Positions 9,694 through 19,617 are shown, counted from the stretch's first letter. The stretch is 64,000 bases of DNA from an uncultured bacterium (GCA_937952265.1 CALFYW010000016.1:206661-270660); one strand, 5' to 3'. Translations and numbers: made by a program. The notes: generated by a model from the letters alone, not told the origin.

Positions 9694-11532
9694 ATGGGTA
9701 TATTTGACTTCTTAAAACCAAAAAAGGATCAAGGAAACCAAGAATCAGTACCGATTCTTCCACAAGAAATCATGGAAGCGGGTGCTTTAGAACTCAAAGA
9801 TGTTATTGCTCCATCAGCAATAAATATTACCCCTCGCGAAATTAATTTGGGAGAAAAAATTATTCGTACTTTTTTTGTTATTTCATATCCACGCTATCTT
9901 TCAGACAGTTGGTTTGCACCAATCATTAATCTCGACAAAGTATTTGATGTATCTATTTTCATTCACCCTATTGAAACCTCACGGGTATTACGCCAATTTC
10001 AGAAAAAAGTCGCGGAAGTGCAAAGCCAGATCAATACGCGGGAGGAGCGCGGTTTGGTCCGCGACCCAATGCTTGAGACCGCATACCGTGATCTTGAAGA
10101 ACTTCGAGACAATCTTCAACAAGCACAAGAGAAAATCTTTAACGTGGGTCTTTATGTCTCTATTCATGGCGAATCAAAAGAAGAGCTTGATAAAGCTGAG
10201 TCTGAAATTAAATCAATCCTTGAAGCTAAACTCGTGTATGTTAAACCCGCGCTTTTCCAACAAGAAGAAGCCTTTAAGAGTATTCTGCCCACCGCGACCG
10301 ACCTCTTGCAGGTGCATTCAAAATTAAATTCGTCTCCACTTTCAAGTATTTTTCCTTTTGTATCATTCGACCTTACTTCTGATCGAGGTATTCTCTATGG
10401 CATCAATCGACACAACGCGAGTTTGGTACTTTTTGATCGCTTTTCTCTAGAAAATTATAATTCTGTTACCTTTGCAAAATCAGGAGCCGGAAAATCTTAC
10501 GCTACAAAACTCGAAATACTCCGCACCCTCATGTTTGATACCGATGTGATTGTTATTGATCCCGAAAAAGAATATGAGTACCTTGCTGAATCAATTGGGG
10601 GCAGATATTTCAACATTTCTCTTAATTCAGAGCACCATATCAATCCCTTCGATTTACCAACCCCTCGTGAAGATGAATCTCCCGAAGATGTATTACGTTC
10701 AAATATCATTCATCTCGTTGGCCTTTTCCGAATCATGCTTGGAGGGCTCACTCCAGAGGAGGACGCGGTAATTGACCGTGCTATTACCGAAACCTATGCG
10801 CTTCGAGATATCACCCCGCATACTGATTTCTCTAACATCGAAGCGCCTTTAATGTCTGATTTTGAATTAGTGTTGCGGGGTATGAAAGGAGGGGAAGGGC
10901 TTGCGCAACGACTTTCAAAATACACCCAAGGCACTTGGTCTGGTTTTATTAACCGGCCATCAAATGTTGATATTAACAAAAAATTCGTGGTTTTCTCTGT
11001 TCGAGATATGGAGGATGAATTAAAACCAGTGGCAATGTATATTGTCATGAACCATATTTGGAATGCGGTAAGAAAAAATCTTAAAAAACGACTTCTGGTT
11101 ATTGATGAGGCATGGTGGATGATGAAGGCTGAAGATACCGCCTCATTCCTGTACGGACTTGCAAAGCGTGGAAGAAAATACTATCTCGGTATTGCAACCA
11201 TTACCCAAGACGTAGGGGACTTTCTTCGATCTCCTTATGGGCTTCCGATTATCACTAACTCATCTATTCAAATATTACTCAAACAATCACCGACTGCGAT
11301 CGATAACGTTCAAAAGACATTTAATCTGACTGATGAGGAAAAATACCTTCTGCTTGAGTCTGACGTGGGGGAGGGTATCTTTTTTGCAGGATTAAAACAT
11401 GTTGCGATAAAAATTATCGCGTCATATACGGAGGATCAAATTATTACTTCTGACCCATCGCAGATTCTTGCAATACGAGACGCGAAACAAGAAGTAAAAC
11501 AAGACTCAAAGGCTTCGCTCGATTCAAAATAG
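9694..11532 (+). CDS. VirB4/TraE/PrgJ-like T4SS ATPase (ATPase domain)
   Basis: 612 aa. Walker A FAKSGAGKSYATK and Walker B LLVIDEAWWMM, typical VirB4/CagE-family architecture. Confidence 0.8.
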   Translation: MGIFDFLKPKKDQGNQESVPILPQEIMEAGALELKDVIAPSAINITPREINLGEKIIRTFFVISYPRYLSDSWFAPIINLDKVFDVSIFIHPIETSRVLRQFQKKVAEVQSQINTREERGLVRDPMLETAYRDLEELRDNLQQAQEKIFNVGLYVSIHGESKEELDKAESEIKSILEAKLVYVKPALFQQEEAFKSILPTATDLLQVHSKLNSSPLSSIFPFVSFDLTSDRGILYGINRHNASLVLFDRFSLENYNSVTFAKSGAGKSYATKLEILRTLMFDTDVIVIDPEKEYEYLAESIGGRYFNISLNSEHHINPFDLPTPREDESPEDVLRSNIIHLVGLFRIMLGGLTPEEDAVIDRAITETYALRDITPHTDFSNIEAPLMSDFELVLRGMKGGEGLAQRLSKYTQGTWSGFINRPSNVDINKKFVVFSVRDMEDELKPVAMYIVMNHIWNAVRKNLKKRLLVIDEAWWMMKAEDTASFLYGLAKRGRKYYLGIATITQDVGDFLRSPYGLPIITNSSIQILLKQSPTAIDNVQKTFNLTDEEKYLLLESDVGEGIFFAGLKHVAIKIIASYTEDQIITSDPSQILAIRDAKQEVKQDSKASLDSK

Positions 11533-11534
11533 CT

Positions 11535-11882
11535 ATGAAAAAAAGAGAGAGAATCAGTGCCACGATGACCTTATTACTCATGATGACTGCGATTTTTTTT
11601 GATGTATTTCAGGCAATACTCACCTTTGCGGGAGGTATCGGATTGATCGCGAATCGTTTTATTTCTCTTTTTGCAATGCTTTCATTTGGATTTTGGTTTG
11701 TCATGCTTGGAGTAAGTCTCTTAAACACCCGTCGCTTAGCAGTAAGTATTACCACATCGCTTGGAGAAATGATTCCCTTTATTGGAACTCTTCCGCTTTG
11801 GACTATTGGTATTGCCGCTCTTATTGCTATGGTAAAATTAGAAGATAGGACGGGTGTTTCAATAACTCATAAATTTAAATAG
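11535..11882 (+). CDS. small polytopic membrane protein (T4SS-cluster associated)
   Basis: 115 aa with 3-4 predicted hydrophobic helices. Tightly packed, 2-nt spacing, after the VirB4-like ATPase. Confidence 0.4.
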   Translation: MKKRERISATMTLLLMMTAIFFDVFQAILTFAGGIGLIANRFISLFAMLSFGFWFVMLGVSLLNTRRLAVSITTSLGEMIPFIGTLPLWTIGIAALIAMVKLEDRTGVSITHKFK

Positions 11883-11883
11883 G

Positions 11884-12879
11884 ATGATACGATACTCTTT
11901 TTTTATTTATCTCTTTTGTATAAGCATGCTCGTAGCAGGGTACGCGCTTCCAGCGTCTGCGCAGGTATTTTCCGCAAATCACAATATCACGTCATCGATT
12001 ACACCCGAAACTCCCGCTCCAAACGAGGAGGTGTCAATTCGTATTCAGAGCTTTAATACGGATCTCGGTAGTGCGTTTATTACATGGTCGGTTAATGGGG
12101 TGGAAAAATTGAGTGGGACCGGAAAAACAGTATTTACGTTCACCACAGGAAATAATGGGTCTCTTAACGTGGTGCGTATGTATGCAAGGACCAAAGAAGG
12201 AGAGACTGTTACCAGAGATTATCGCATTGCTCCAGGAATTGTTTCGTTATTCTGGGAGGCAGAGACGTATACCCCTCCGCTCTATCGAGGAAAAGCTCAA
12301 TTTACTACCGACGCTTCGCTTCGAGTAATTGCGCTTCCAACCATTATTGAAAATGGGGTGGAAGTCTCTCCAGCAAACCTCTTTTACGCGTGGATGATTA
12401 ACGGGGAAGAAAAGCCCCTTCTTTCAGGTTATGGGAAAGAGAGTATCGTGATACCAGCGAAAGACACCGCGAAAAGAAGCGTGGTGATTTCGGTTAAGGT
12501 AACATCGAGGAGTGGGGGAGAAGCAGAAACTTCAACAACCATTGAACCTGTAAGGCCTGAAATACTCCTCTATGAAAAAGATCCGCTATTAGGAATCCTT
12601 TTCAACCGAGCAATTACGGGCGACTTTTTACTTTCTCAAAATGAAGTTCATTTTGAAGCATTTCCTTTCTTCTTTTCATCATATTCAAATCAAGACCCTC
12701 GTATCACCTATCAATGGCGCATGAATAATAAGATGATTGAAAATGAAGAGGGGTCTCATGCGATCACCTTACGGAATGAAAACCAAGAAGGGACTGCCTA
12801 TATCAGCTTGCAGGCGTCACATCAAGAAAACTTATTTCAAACCGCACAAAAGACCGTTCTCATCAATTTCAAAAATTAA
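11884..12879 (+). CDS. secreted hypothetical protein (T4SS-cluster associated)
   Basis: 331 aa. N-terminal signal peptide MIRYSFFIYLFCISMLVAGYALPASAQ. No recognisable catalytic motifs. Confidence 0.45.
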   Translation: MIRYSFFIYLFCISMLVAGYALPASAQVFSANHNITSSITPETPAPNEEVSIRIQSFNTDLGSAFITWSVNGVEKLSGTGKTVFTFTTGNNGSLNVVRMYARTKEGETVTRDYRIAPGIVSLFWEAETYTPPLYRGKAQFTTDASLRVIALPTIIENGVEVSPANLFYAWMINGEEKPLLSGYGKESIVIPAKDTAKRSVVISVKVTSRSGGEAETSTTIEPVRPEILLYEKDPLLGILFNRAITGDFLLSQNEVHFEAFPFFFSSYSNQDPRITYQWRMNNKMIENEEGSHAITLRNENQEGTAYISLQASHQENLFQTAQKTVLINFKN

Positions 12880-12880
12880 C

Positions 12881-13804
12881 ATGTCTTTTTCTTTTAAAAA
12901 AATCGCCCTTTCGCTTTCGAACATTATCGGAACAGGTATTATTGCTCTACACCCCAAACTCATCACTGCCCAAGAAGCAGGTGATTATGAATTACTCGCA
13001 CCACTTCCAATCGATGGAGTGAGTGAGGGGGTGGTTACTTCACTTCCCGCATACCTCTCAGGGCTCTTTGGTTTTGCAATTGGAATCGCGGCGGTTCTTG
13101 CGGTGGTAATGATCGTGCTTGGCGGTATTCAGTATATGACGGACGACGCGGTCTCTAATAAATCAGAGGGGAAAGAGAAAATCACTGCCGCGGTTGGAGG
13201 ATTGATTCTTGCCCTTGCTTCATGGTTAATACTTAACACAATCAATGAGAATATTATCAGTAGTAGCTCATTGGTGCTTGATAATGACGTGAGTGGCACG
13301 GCCTCGGAAATTGCTGAGATTGCCACTGGACCTCATTACCTTGAATATCAGCATGCAAGCTACTTACTTTCGGAGGTCGTTCCTCGTTACATTCTTGGAT
13401 ACCGAAACACTCCACAATCTGGAGAATTCCAGGAAGAATTTCCCACGCTCGAAGGATGCGGAATACGCCGACTCGATTTAGAAGCTCAAGGAAAAATAAT
13501 ATCCACTCGATGTAGAAGCATGCTCCGATTGGATGAAAATGGGGGCCCACTCATGCTTAATCGTCGCTACGAAAAAAGAGAGTTGTGTATCGAACAAGCA
13601 GAAAGAGTGGTAGCACTCAAGAAACCTGAGGTAATAAAAATATATTGCGAGCTCACCCCTGAAGAATCAGTATTTTTAGAGACTTTTGAAACGAAAGACT
13701 CCTGTCGAAATCGATCAAATGAATTAAAACAAAACACCAACAGAAGATCTATTATCGTTACGCAATGCACCCCTACCACTAACTTAGAATCACAGTATGA
13801 ATAA
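12881..13804 (+). CDS. hypothetical membrane/secreted protein with a VirB2/TrbC-like N-terminal hydrophobic hairpin and a Cys-rich C-terminal domain
   Basis: The true start is the ATG at 12881, immediately after the upstream stop; the tracked ORF start at 12737 overlaps the previous gene. Signal-like segment, then two hydrophobic helices (LSGLFGFAIGIAAVLAVVMIVLGG and AAVGGLILALASWLILNTI) reminiscent of T4SS pilin topology. C-terminus has 7 Cys. Confidence 0.4.
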   Translation: MSFSFKKIALSLSNIIGTGIIALHPKLITAQEAGDYELLAPLPIDGVSEGVVTSLPAYLSGLFGFAIGIAAVLAVVMIVLGGIQYMTDDAVSNKSEGKEKITAAVGGLILALASWLILNTINENIISSSSLVLDNDVSGTASEIAEIATGPHYLEYQHASYLLSEVVPRYILGYRNTPQSGEFQEEFPTLEGCGIRRLDLEAQGKIISTRCRSMLRLDENGGPLMLNRRYEKRELCIEQAERVVALKKPEVIKIYCELTPEESVFLETFETKDSCRNRSNELKQNTNRRSIIVTQCTPTTNLESQYE

Positions 13805-15056
13805 ATGGATATTAATTCTGATCACCATACTCGCCATACTTCTTGCTGGCGCTATGTTCCTCTTTTTTAATGGCACGCGTGTAAAACCTGAAGCGACGAG
13901 TGAGACACCTGGATCATTAAGTATCATTGACCGTATTCAAAATATTTTCTCTCAAACAGAAAATCCTCAAGACCCTCCAACTTCAATAATAGAGGGCGGG
14001 TCAACACCCCCACCTCCTTCAAACGAGAATTTAGCACTTCCGCTTGAACGTATTGGCAATAATCCAATTGCGGGATTTATGGTCCATGATGATACTTCAA
14101 ACAAGGTTCGATACATGGAAAGCGCCCTTGGACATATCTATGAAAAAGAGGAAGGGAAGATGTCGGAGCGTCTCACTAACACTACGATCGCGCATGTGCA
14201 GAACGTTTATTGGGCAGAAGCAGGAGAACGAGTACTTGCACAATTTCTGAGCACAAATACCAATCAACTTGTAGTAGCCACTTTCTCTGGAAAACTCCAG
14301 GAGAGTAATTCAGAGAATGAAACACCTTTTGTCGTCCGAGGATCTTTCCTTCCTGAAAATATTATTGATATGAGTGTCTCCCCCCGTGGAGAAAAAATAT
14401 TCTACCTTCTTAAAGATGGGGGAGAGTCTTTCGGGATTCGCGCCAATCCGGATGGGAGCAGTGCCCAGACTATTTTTAGATCGCTAATTACTGAATGGCT
14501 CACTTCATGGAAAGATGCTCGAATTACTCTCACCACAAAACCTGCATATAATATCGCTGGTATTGCCTATAGCCTCAACCCAGAGAGAGGGGTCTCCCAA
14601 AGGATACTTGCTCCTACTCCCGGGCTCACCACTAACGAACACCCTGAGGGTACCTATATTCTTTATGCGAAAAATGGAGAAGGGAATCTCATGACACTTG
14701 CAGCGCTTAATCAACGTACCAATGAAGTACTACCGTTATCTTTAAAGACACTCCCTGAGAAATGCGTCTGGAGTAAGGAAAAAGAGGATGTGCTCTATTG
14801 TGGAGTTCCAGAAACCATATTTCCCGGAAACTATCCTGATGATTGGTACCAAGGGAAAATTTCTTTTACTGACACCTTATGGGAAGTCAATCTCAACACA
14901 AAAACTACACTTAAAATTGCTGATCTTGAGGCCCTTTCCGGGGAAAGCCTTGATATTATTGATCTCGCATTAAGCAAAGACGAGGAATCGCTTTACTTTA
15001 AGGATAAAAGAGGGGGGATGTTGTGGCAATACCGCTTTACTACTCCAAACCGTTAA
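13797..15056 (+). CDS. membrane-anchored hypothetical protein, possible beta-propeller fold
   Basis: N-terminal TM helix (WILILITILAILLAGAMFLFF), then a Pro-rich linker and a ~330-aa domain with repeated hydrophobic/turn motifs (PDGS, KDGG). Confidence 0.4.
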   Translation: MNKWILILITILAILLAGAMFLFFNGTRVKPEATSETPGSLSIIDRIQNIFSQTENPQDPPTSIIEGGSTPPPPSNENLALPLERIGNNPIAGFMVHDDTSNKVRYMESALGHIYEKEEGKMSERLTNTTIAHVQNVYWAEAGERVLAQFLSTNTNQLVVATFSGKLQESNSENETPFVVRGSFLPENIIDMSVSPRGEKIFYLLKDGGESFGIRANPDGSSAQTIFRSLITEWLTSWKDARITLTTKPAYNIAGIAYSLNPERGVSQRILAPTPGLTTNEHPEGTYILYAKNGEGNLMTLAALNQRTNEVLPLSLKTLPEKCVWSKEKEDVLYCGVPETIFPGNYPDDWYQGKISFTDTLWEVNLNTKTTLKIADLEALSGESLDIIDLALSKDEESLYFKDKRGGMLWQYRFTTPNR

Positions 15057-15528
15057 GCACTGAGGGGTTATTTTCTCCTTGATAGCGAATAACTACCCGT
15101 CGATATTTTCCTTCTCCTGTTGATTCCGTTAAAATATCTTTCGTGTCTGCAAATAAAGAGTGGATGAGCATGCGCTCATAAGAACCCGCGGGGTCCATTT
15201 CTACATCATGTTTAAAAAAACGTGCCCGTTCAGCAAGAATTGAAGCTTTTGTCTTTACTGATTCATTCTTTTTATCGTAATAATCATTGATATCAATCAA
15301 TGTTTTTTTATCATAATTGAGATTTCGATGAGACAGAATGCGAGAAAAGAGGTGATTGAGTGCATGAAGGGTTTCTCCATGGTTTCCAATAAGAATCCCT
15401 GATTCATCTGTTTTTACCGAGAAACAGGTTGCTGGTGGCCACTCTCGTTCACTAACTTCAATCGTGTGAAAGGTGATGCCCATATTATCCAAAATTTGAG
15501 AGATGATGTTGTGAGCTTCTTCATGCAT
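15040..15528 (-). CDS. jag: Jag/KhpB-like RNA-binding protein (KH + R3H)
   Basis: 162 aa, KH-like and R3H-like motifs (IGNHGETLHALNHLFSRIL). Located directly downstream of yidC as in the conserved rpmH-rnpA-yidC-jag cluster. Confidence 0.75.
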   Translation of the reverse strand: MHEEAHNIISQILDNMGITFHTIEVSEREWPPATCFSVKTDESGILIGNHGETLHALNHLFSRILSHRNLNYDKKTLIDINDYYDKKNESVKTKASILAERARFFKHDVEMDPAGSYERMLIHSLFADTKDILTESTGEGKYRRVVIRYQGENNPSVLNGLE

Positions 15529-15536
15529 ACGTAATT

Positions 15537-16280
15537 TTATGATACCCCTTTAGCAAGCGCGCCTCGTTTTCGGCGTATTGCAAATTCTTGTCCAATGGTA
15601 AAGACATTGCTTGTTGTCCAATAGAGCGCGATAGCTGCTGAAATCTGCCATGCGATAAAAAATACAATTACTGGGAGCACATACCGCATTTGAACATTCA
15701 TACTCCGTGCTAAATCATCTTTCAATGATGGTTTTCCTGAGGTCTTTTTGGGGGGCATGGGAGGAATCATTAATTTCCCTTGAATAAACTGGGAAATACC
15801 TGCGGTAAGGGCGAGCAGAACGCTTTTTCCCGCAATATCAATAAATCCTAAAAATTGCATATTTACCATCTCTGGAGTAGGCACAAAGGCGTATAAAATA
15901 TCGGTATTGATGTCGGGAAGCCCACCACGCAAAAAAACAAAATAAAGCCCTAAAATAATCGGGATTTGAATAAGTATGAGAAAAATACTTGAAAATGGGT
16001 TTATTTTTTTATCACGATAGAGCGCCATGAGTGCTCGAGCTTGGGCTTCTCGGTCTGTTTTATGCTCTTCTCTTATTTTTTTAATTTCAGGGTCAATTTC
16101 TTTTACCTTCATCTGTGTCTCAACCGCGCTTTTAGATAGAGGAAAAATGAGCAACTTAACCAAAACGGTAAGCAAAAGTACCGCGAATCCAGCATTTGCG
16201 CCAGGAAGTATATCGATCAAAAAAATAAGCCCGTTGTAGAGGGGTTCGTAGATAACCGTGTTAAACAATGACCCAATCAT
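15537..16280 (-). CDS. yidC: membrane protein insertase YidC/Oxa1 (short form)
   Basis: 247 aa with the YidC core TM helices (LLTVLVKLLIFPLS, MKVKEIDPEIKKIREEHK, MALYRDKKINPFSS). Confidence 0.85.
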   Translation of the reverse strand: MIGSLFNTVIYEPLYNGLIFLIDILPGANAGFAVLLLTVLVKLLIFPLSKSAVETQMKVKEIDPEIKKIREEHKTDREAQARALMALYRDKKINPFSSIFLILIQIPIILGLYFVFLRGGLPDINTDILYAFVPTPEMVNMQFLGFIDIAGKSVLLALTAGISQFIQGKLMIPPMPPKKTSGKPSLKDDLARSMNVQMRYVLPVIVFFIAWQISAAIALYWTTSNVFTIGQEFAIRRKRGALAKGVS

Positions 16281-16336
16281 ATCTTGTATAATAGCTTATT
16301 ATTAGTGTTAATCAAAATTATCTTTTTCTAAGGTAT

Positions 16337-16675
16337 TTATTGGTGACCTTTGAAAATTTTGGCTAATTCTTGGGAAATAGCCTGAAAAGAGGCTTTGTTT
16401 GAGTCTTTTTTAAAGATTACCACCACCGCTCTTTTATGTTGAGTTTCTTTATTGTGCTTATAAATAATCGATTTGCATCGGCGTTTTAACTGATTTCTCT
16501 TTACCGCGCTTGAAAATACCTTGGTAGAAACCGTACATATTCCTTGAAGAGGAAATGGGGTAAATAACGGCAGGTGGTAAGCAGTAAATAAAAAGGAGTG
16601 TGTTGCCACCCCCTCAAAGCGCACTTTTTTGGAAAGGTCTTTTTTAAGAGGTTTTTGAGGCTTTATAGGTGCCAT
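16337..16675 (-). CDS. rnpA: ribonuclease P protein component
   Basis: 112 aa, basic, with the RNR-like motif (AVKRNQLKRRCKSIIY). Position between rpmH and yidC. Confidence 0.85.
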   Translation of the reverse strand: MAPIKPQKPLKKDLSKKVRFEGVATHSFLFTAYHLPLFTPFPLQGICTVSTKVFSSAVKRNQLKRRCKSIIYKHNKETQHKRAVVVIFKKDSNKASFQAISQELAKIFKGHQ

Positions 16676-16681
16676 TTTTCA

Positions 16682-16816
16682 TTAGACCGAAAGCTGATAA
16701 CGCCCTTTTCGCCGCCTTTTTAAAAGCACCTTTCTTCCGGTAGTGGTTCGCTTGCGCACCAAAAATCCGTGGGTTTTCTTTCTTTTTCTCTTTTTAGGCT
16801 GATATGTAACTGACAT
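16682..16816 (-). CDS. rpmH: 50S ribosomal protein L34
   Basis: Not in the ORF track because it is shorter than the track cutoff. Minus-strand translation [44 protein letters not shown] (44 aa) is canonical L34. Confidence 0.85.
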   Translation of the reverse strand: MSVTYQPKKRKRKKTHGFLVRKRTTTGRKVLLKRRRKGRYQLSV

Positions 16817-16957
16817 AATTAAAGACTGTAGCATAGTTTGATAAAAACGTAAATATATTCGTTTGAAACTGATTTATACACAGGTTATGAACATAGATAT
16901 CACTATACCGCAAGTGTTGGAAGTTTTTTTAATCGTTATAATAAGAAAACTAAACCT

Positions 16958-18304
16958 ATGAATGATTTAAAAGAACTTTGGGATAGTGCGCTCACTCAAA
17001 TCGAATTAAATGTTTCTAAGGCAAGTTTTAATACATGGTTTAAGAAGACCTCGGTAGTAAAAAGTGAATCAGGAGTAATTTATGTCGGTGTTCCAAATCA
17101 TTTCGTAAAAACATGGCTCGTTGATAAACACCATAAATTTATACTGAAAATACTACGTGATTTAAATGAACATGTGCGATCAATTGAATATATTGTGGTT
17201 CAAGGGAAAGAACAAGAAGTAAAACACCATGCTCCTGAATATCATGTGGTAAATGCTGAGCTCCCATTAAAAGACCTCTATATTAACAAAGAGGATAATC
17301 TTAATCCTCGATACACCTTTGACTCTTTTGTGGTGGGTCCTTTTAATGAATTAGCGTATGCCGCGTCACAATCAATTATTAAAAATCCTGGACTTTCTTA
17401 TAATCCTTTATTTATTTATGGAAATACTGGTCACGGAAAAACACATCTCATTCAAGCAATAGGAAATCAGATACAAAAAGACTACTCAAAACTGAAAGTC
17501 TTCTATGTTACTTCTGAAAAATTTGTTATTGATTATGTAAACTCAATACAAGAAAACAAAACCAACCTATTCAAGGAAAAATACCGAAAATATGATGTAT
17601 TAATCATGGATGATATCCAGTTTCTTTCAAAGAAAGACAAAACTCAAGAAGAGTTATTTCACCTTTTTGATAATCTTTACGAAAACAACAAACAAATTAT
17701 ATTTTCTTCAGATAAACATCCAAACTACCTTCCTAATGTCGAAGAGAGGCTTAAATCACGCTTTAGCGCTGGTATGATCGTTGATATTCCGTCTCCAGAC
17801 CATGAATCACGAATTGCAATTATTAAGAAAAAAATGTTGCTTCAAAATTTCTGGATTTCTGATGAAACTATCGACTTTCTTGCGGTTTCCCTTGAGGGAA
17901 ATGTTCGTGAACTTGAGGGAATTCTTAACAATATGATCTGCCAATCTCGGCTCAAAAATAAAGAACTCTCATTAAATGAAGTTAAAAATCTTATTAAAGA
18001 TAATGCTCGTCCACGAAAAATAGCTTCGGTAAAGGAGGTAGTTAAGTCAGTTGCGGATTTTTACAATATCGAAGAAGAGATTATTTATAAAAAAACACGA
18101 AGAAAAGAAGCAGTAAAACCTCGTCAGGTAATTATGTTTATCCTTCGTGAGGATTTTCATATTTCATACCCAACAATTGGACAAAAAATAGGGGGGAGAG
18201 ACCACACCACCGTCATTCATTCTTGTGATAAGGTGAAAAATGACTTAAAAACAGATAGTATTTTGTCCCAAGAAATCCATCAGATCAGATCAATGATTCG
18301 ATAA
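16958..18304 (+). CDS. dnaA: chromosomal replication initiator DnaA
   Basis: 448 aa. Walker A GNTGHGKTHL, sensor motifs, and the C-terminal DNA-binding domain (KEAVKPRQVIMFILRED...IGQKIGGRDHTTVIHS). Confidence 0.95.
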   Translation: MNDLKELWDSALTQIELNVSKASFNTWFKKTSVVKSESGVIYVGVPNHFVKTWLVDKHHKFILKILRDLNEHVRSIEYIVVQGKEQEVKHHAPEYHVVNAELPLKDLYINKEDNLNPRYTFDSFVVGPFNELAYAASQSIIKNPGLSYNPLFIYGNTGHGKTHLIQAIGNQIQKDYSKLKVFYVTSEKFVIDYVNSIQENKTNLFKEKYRKYDVLIMDDIQFLSKKDKTQEELFHLFDNLYENNKQIIFSSDKHPNYLPNVEERLKSRFSAGMIVDIPSPDHESRIAIIKKKMLLQNFWISDETIDFLAVSLEGNVRELEGILNNMICQSRLKNKELSLNEVKNLIKDNARPRKIASVKEVVKSVADFYNIEEEIIYKKTRRKEAVKPRQVIMFILREDFHISYPTIGQKIGGRDHTTVIHSCDKVKNDLKTDSILSQEIHQIRSMIR

Positions 18305-18518
18305 CCTGTGAACAACATGATGAAAAAACAAAAAATTACTAGGTATAAAATATTTTTTACAATCGAGGATTTTATAACCACCACGATATAATAAAGAAAT
18401 ACACAATAAACTAACAGTTCAATTTCTAAAAAATCCTTACATAAATCAATTAAATTAGTTTATCCACTTATCACCACCCCTAAGTATAAAAATAAATCTT
18501 TTAATTAAAAAAATACTT
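18305..18518. promoter_or_regulatory. putative oriC: AT-rich dnaA-dnaN spacer with DnaA-box-like 9-mers
   Basis: TTATCCACT (18460-18468) is 1 mismatch from TTATCCACA. Adjacent TTATCACCA and TTATAACCA (~18372) are degenerate boxes. An A/T-rich unwinding-element-like run covers 18481-18516. A further box-like TTATACACA lies upstream of dnaA at 16875-16883. Confidence 0.5.
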
Positions 18519-19613
18519 ATGAAGATAGAATGCTTAAATACAAACTTACGAGAAGCTCTTTCGAAAACAGAAAGAGCAGTAGGAAAAAATTTATCATTAC
18601 CGGTGTTGGGGTATGTATTACTTGAAGCAGTGAATAAGAAAATAATACTCAAAGCTACCAATCTTGATCTAGGTGTTGAGGTTGAAGTTCCTGGAAATGT
18701 TTCTTCTCATGGTGTTGTTGCGATTCCTAACACAACATTAGCATCAATTCTCTCTGGTGAGTCAGAAAAGGTTACTCTTGAGTCTTACGAGGAGAATTTA
18801 CTGGTAAAGACTAAAAACAGCTCTTCGGTGATTAAAACTGTTCCACATGATGAATTTCCAAATATACCGCGTATTACCAGTGCGACAAGGATTCTTATTC
18901 CCGTATCTGATTTTATTAATGGTATTCGATCAGTTTGGTATAGCGCTTCAATTTCAACAATTAAACCAGAGCTTGCAAGTGTTTTTGTGTATTATCATGA
19001 TAAACATATAGTGTTTGTATCGACCGACACCTTTCGTCTTGCTGAAAAAAAGATTCCTATAGAAAAAAATTCTGATTTTGACCCATTTCTTATTCCGGTT
19101 AAAAATATCCCTGAAATTATTCGAGCCTTCGATGGTTTTGATGGAGTTATGGATATTCAAATTACTAAAAATCAAGCTTCTTTTACTATCCCTGGTATCC
19201 ATATTTCTTCTCGAATTGTTGAAGGTACTTTTCCTGACTATCAACAAGTAATACCGAAAGATTTTACTACTCATGTGGTGTTGCTTAAGTATGATTTTAT
19301 CAACGCGCTTAAAAAAGCAACCTCTTTTTCTGGAAAATTTTATCAAATATATTTTTCTGTTGATACTGATAAAAAAAGATTTGAAATTACTTCAAAAAAT
19401 AATGATATTGGAGAACACTCCGATGTGTTTGATGCGGCAATTGAAGGAGATGATTTAATGATTAGTTTTAATTATCGTTACATTATTGATTGTTTCCAAT
19501 CTATCTCATCAGATAGTATCTCTTTGAACCTAGTAGGTCCATCAAAACCAATGGTTATTCGTGGAATTGGAGACGGAACATTCTGTTATTTGGTGATGCC
19601 TATGAATAAATAA
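18519..19613 (+). CDS. dnaN: DNA polymerase III beta sliding clamp
   Basis: 364 aa, three-domain clamp-like periodicity, N-terminus MKIECLNTNLREALSKTERAVGKN. Located directly after dnaA. Confidence 0.9.
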   Translation: MKIECLNTNLREALSKTERAVGKNLSLPVLGYVLLEAVNKKIILKATNLDLGVEVEVPGNVSSHGVVAIPNTTLASILSGESEKVTLESYEENLLVKTKNSSSVIKTVPHDEFPNIPRITSATRILIPVSDFINGIRSVWYSASISTIKPELASVFVYYHDKHIVFVSTDTFRLAEKKIPIEKNSDFDPFLIPVKNIPEIIRAFDGFDGVMDIQITKNQASFTIPGIHISSRIVEGTFPDYQQVIPKDFTTHVVLLKYDFINALKKATSFSGKFYQIYFSVDTDKKRFEITSKNNDIGEHSDVFDAAIEGDDLMISFNYRYIIDCFQSISSDSISLNLVGPSKPMVIRGIGDGTFCYLVMPMNK

Positions 19614-19617
19614 TTAC

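Noticed and set aside
12737-12880. N-terminal 48 codons of the tracked 355-aa ORF
   Set aside because: They overlap the 3' end of the upstream gene in another frame. An ATG at 12881 directly follows the upstream stop and begins a signal-peptide-like sequence, so the shorter start is preferred.
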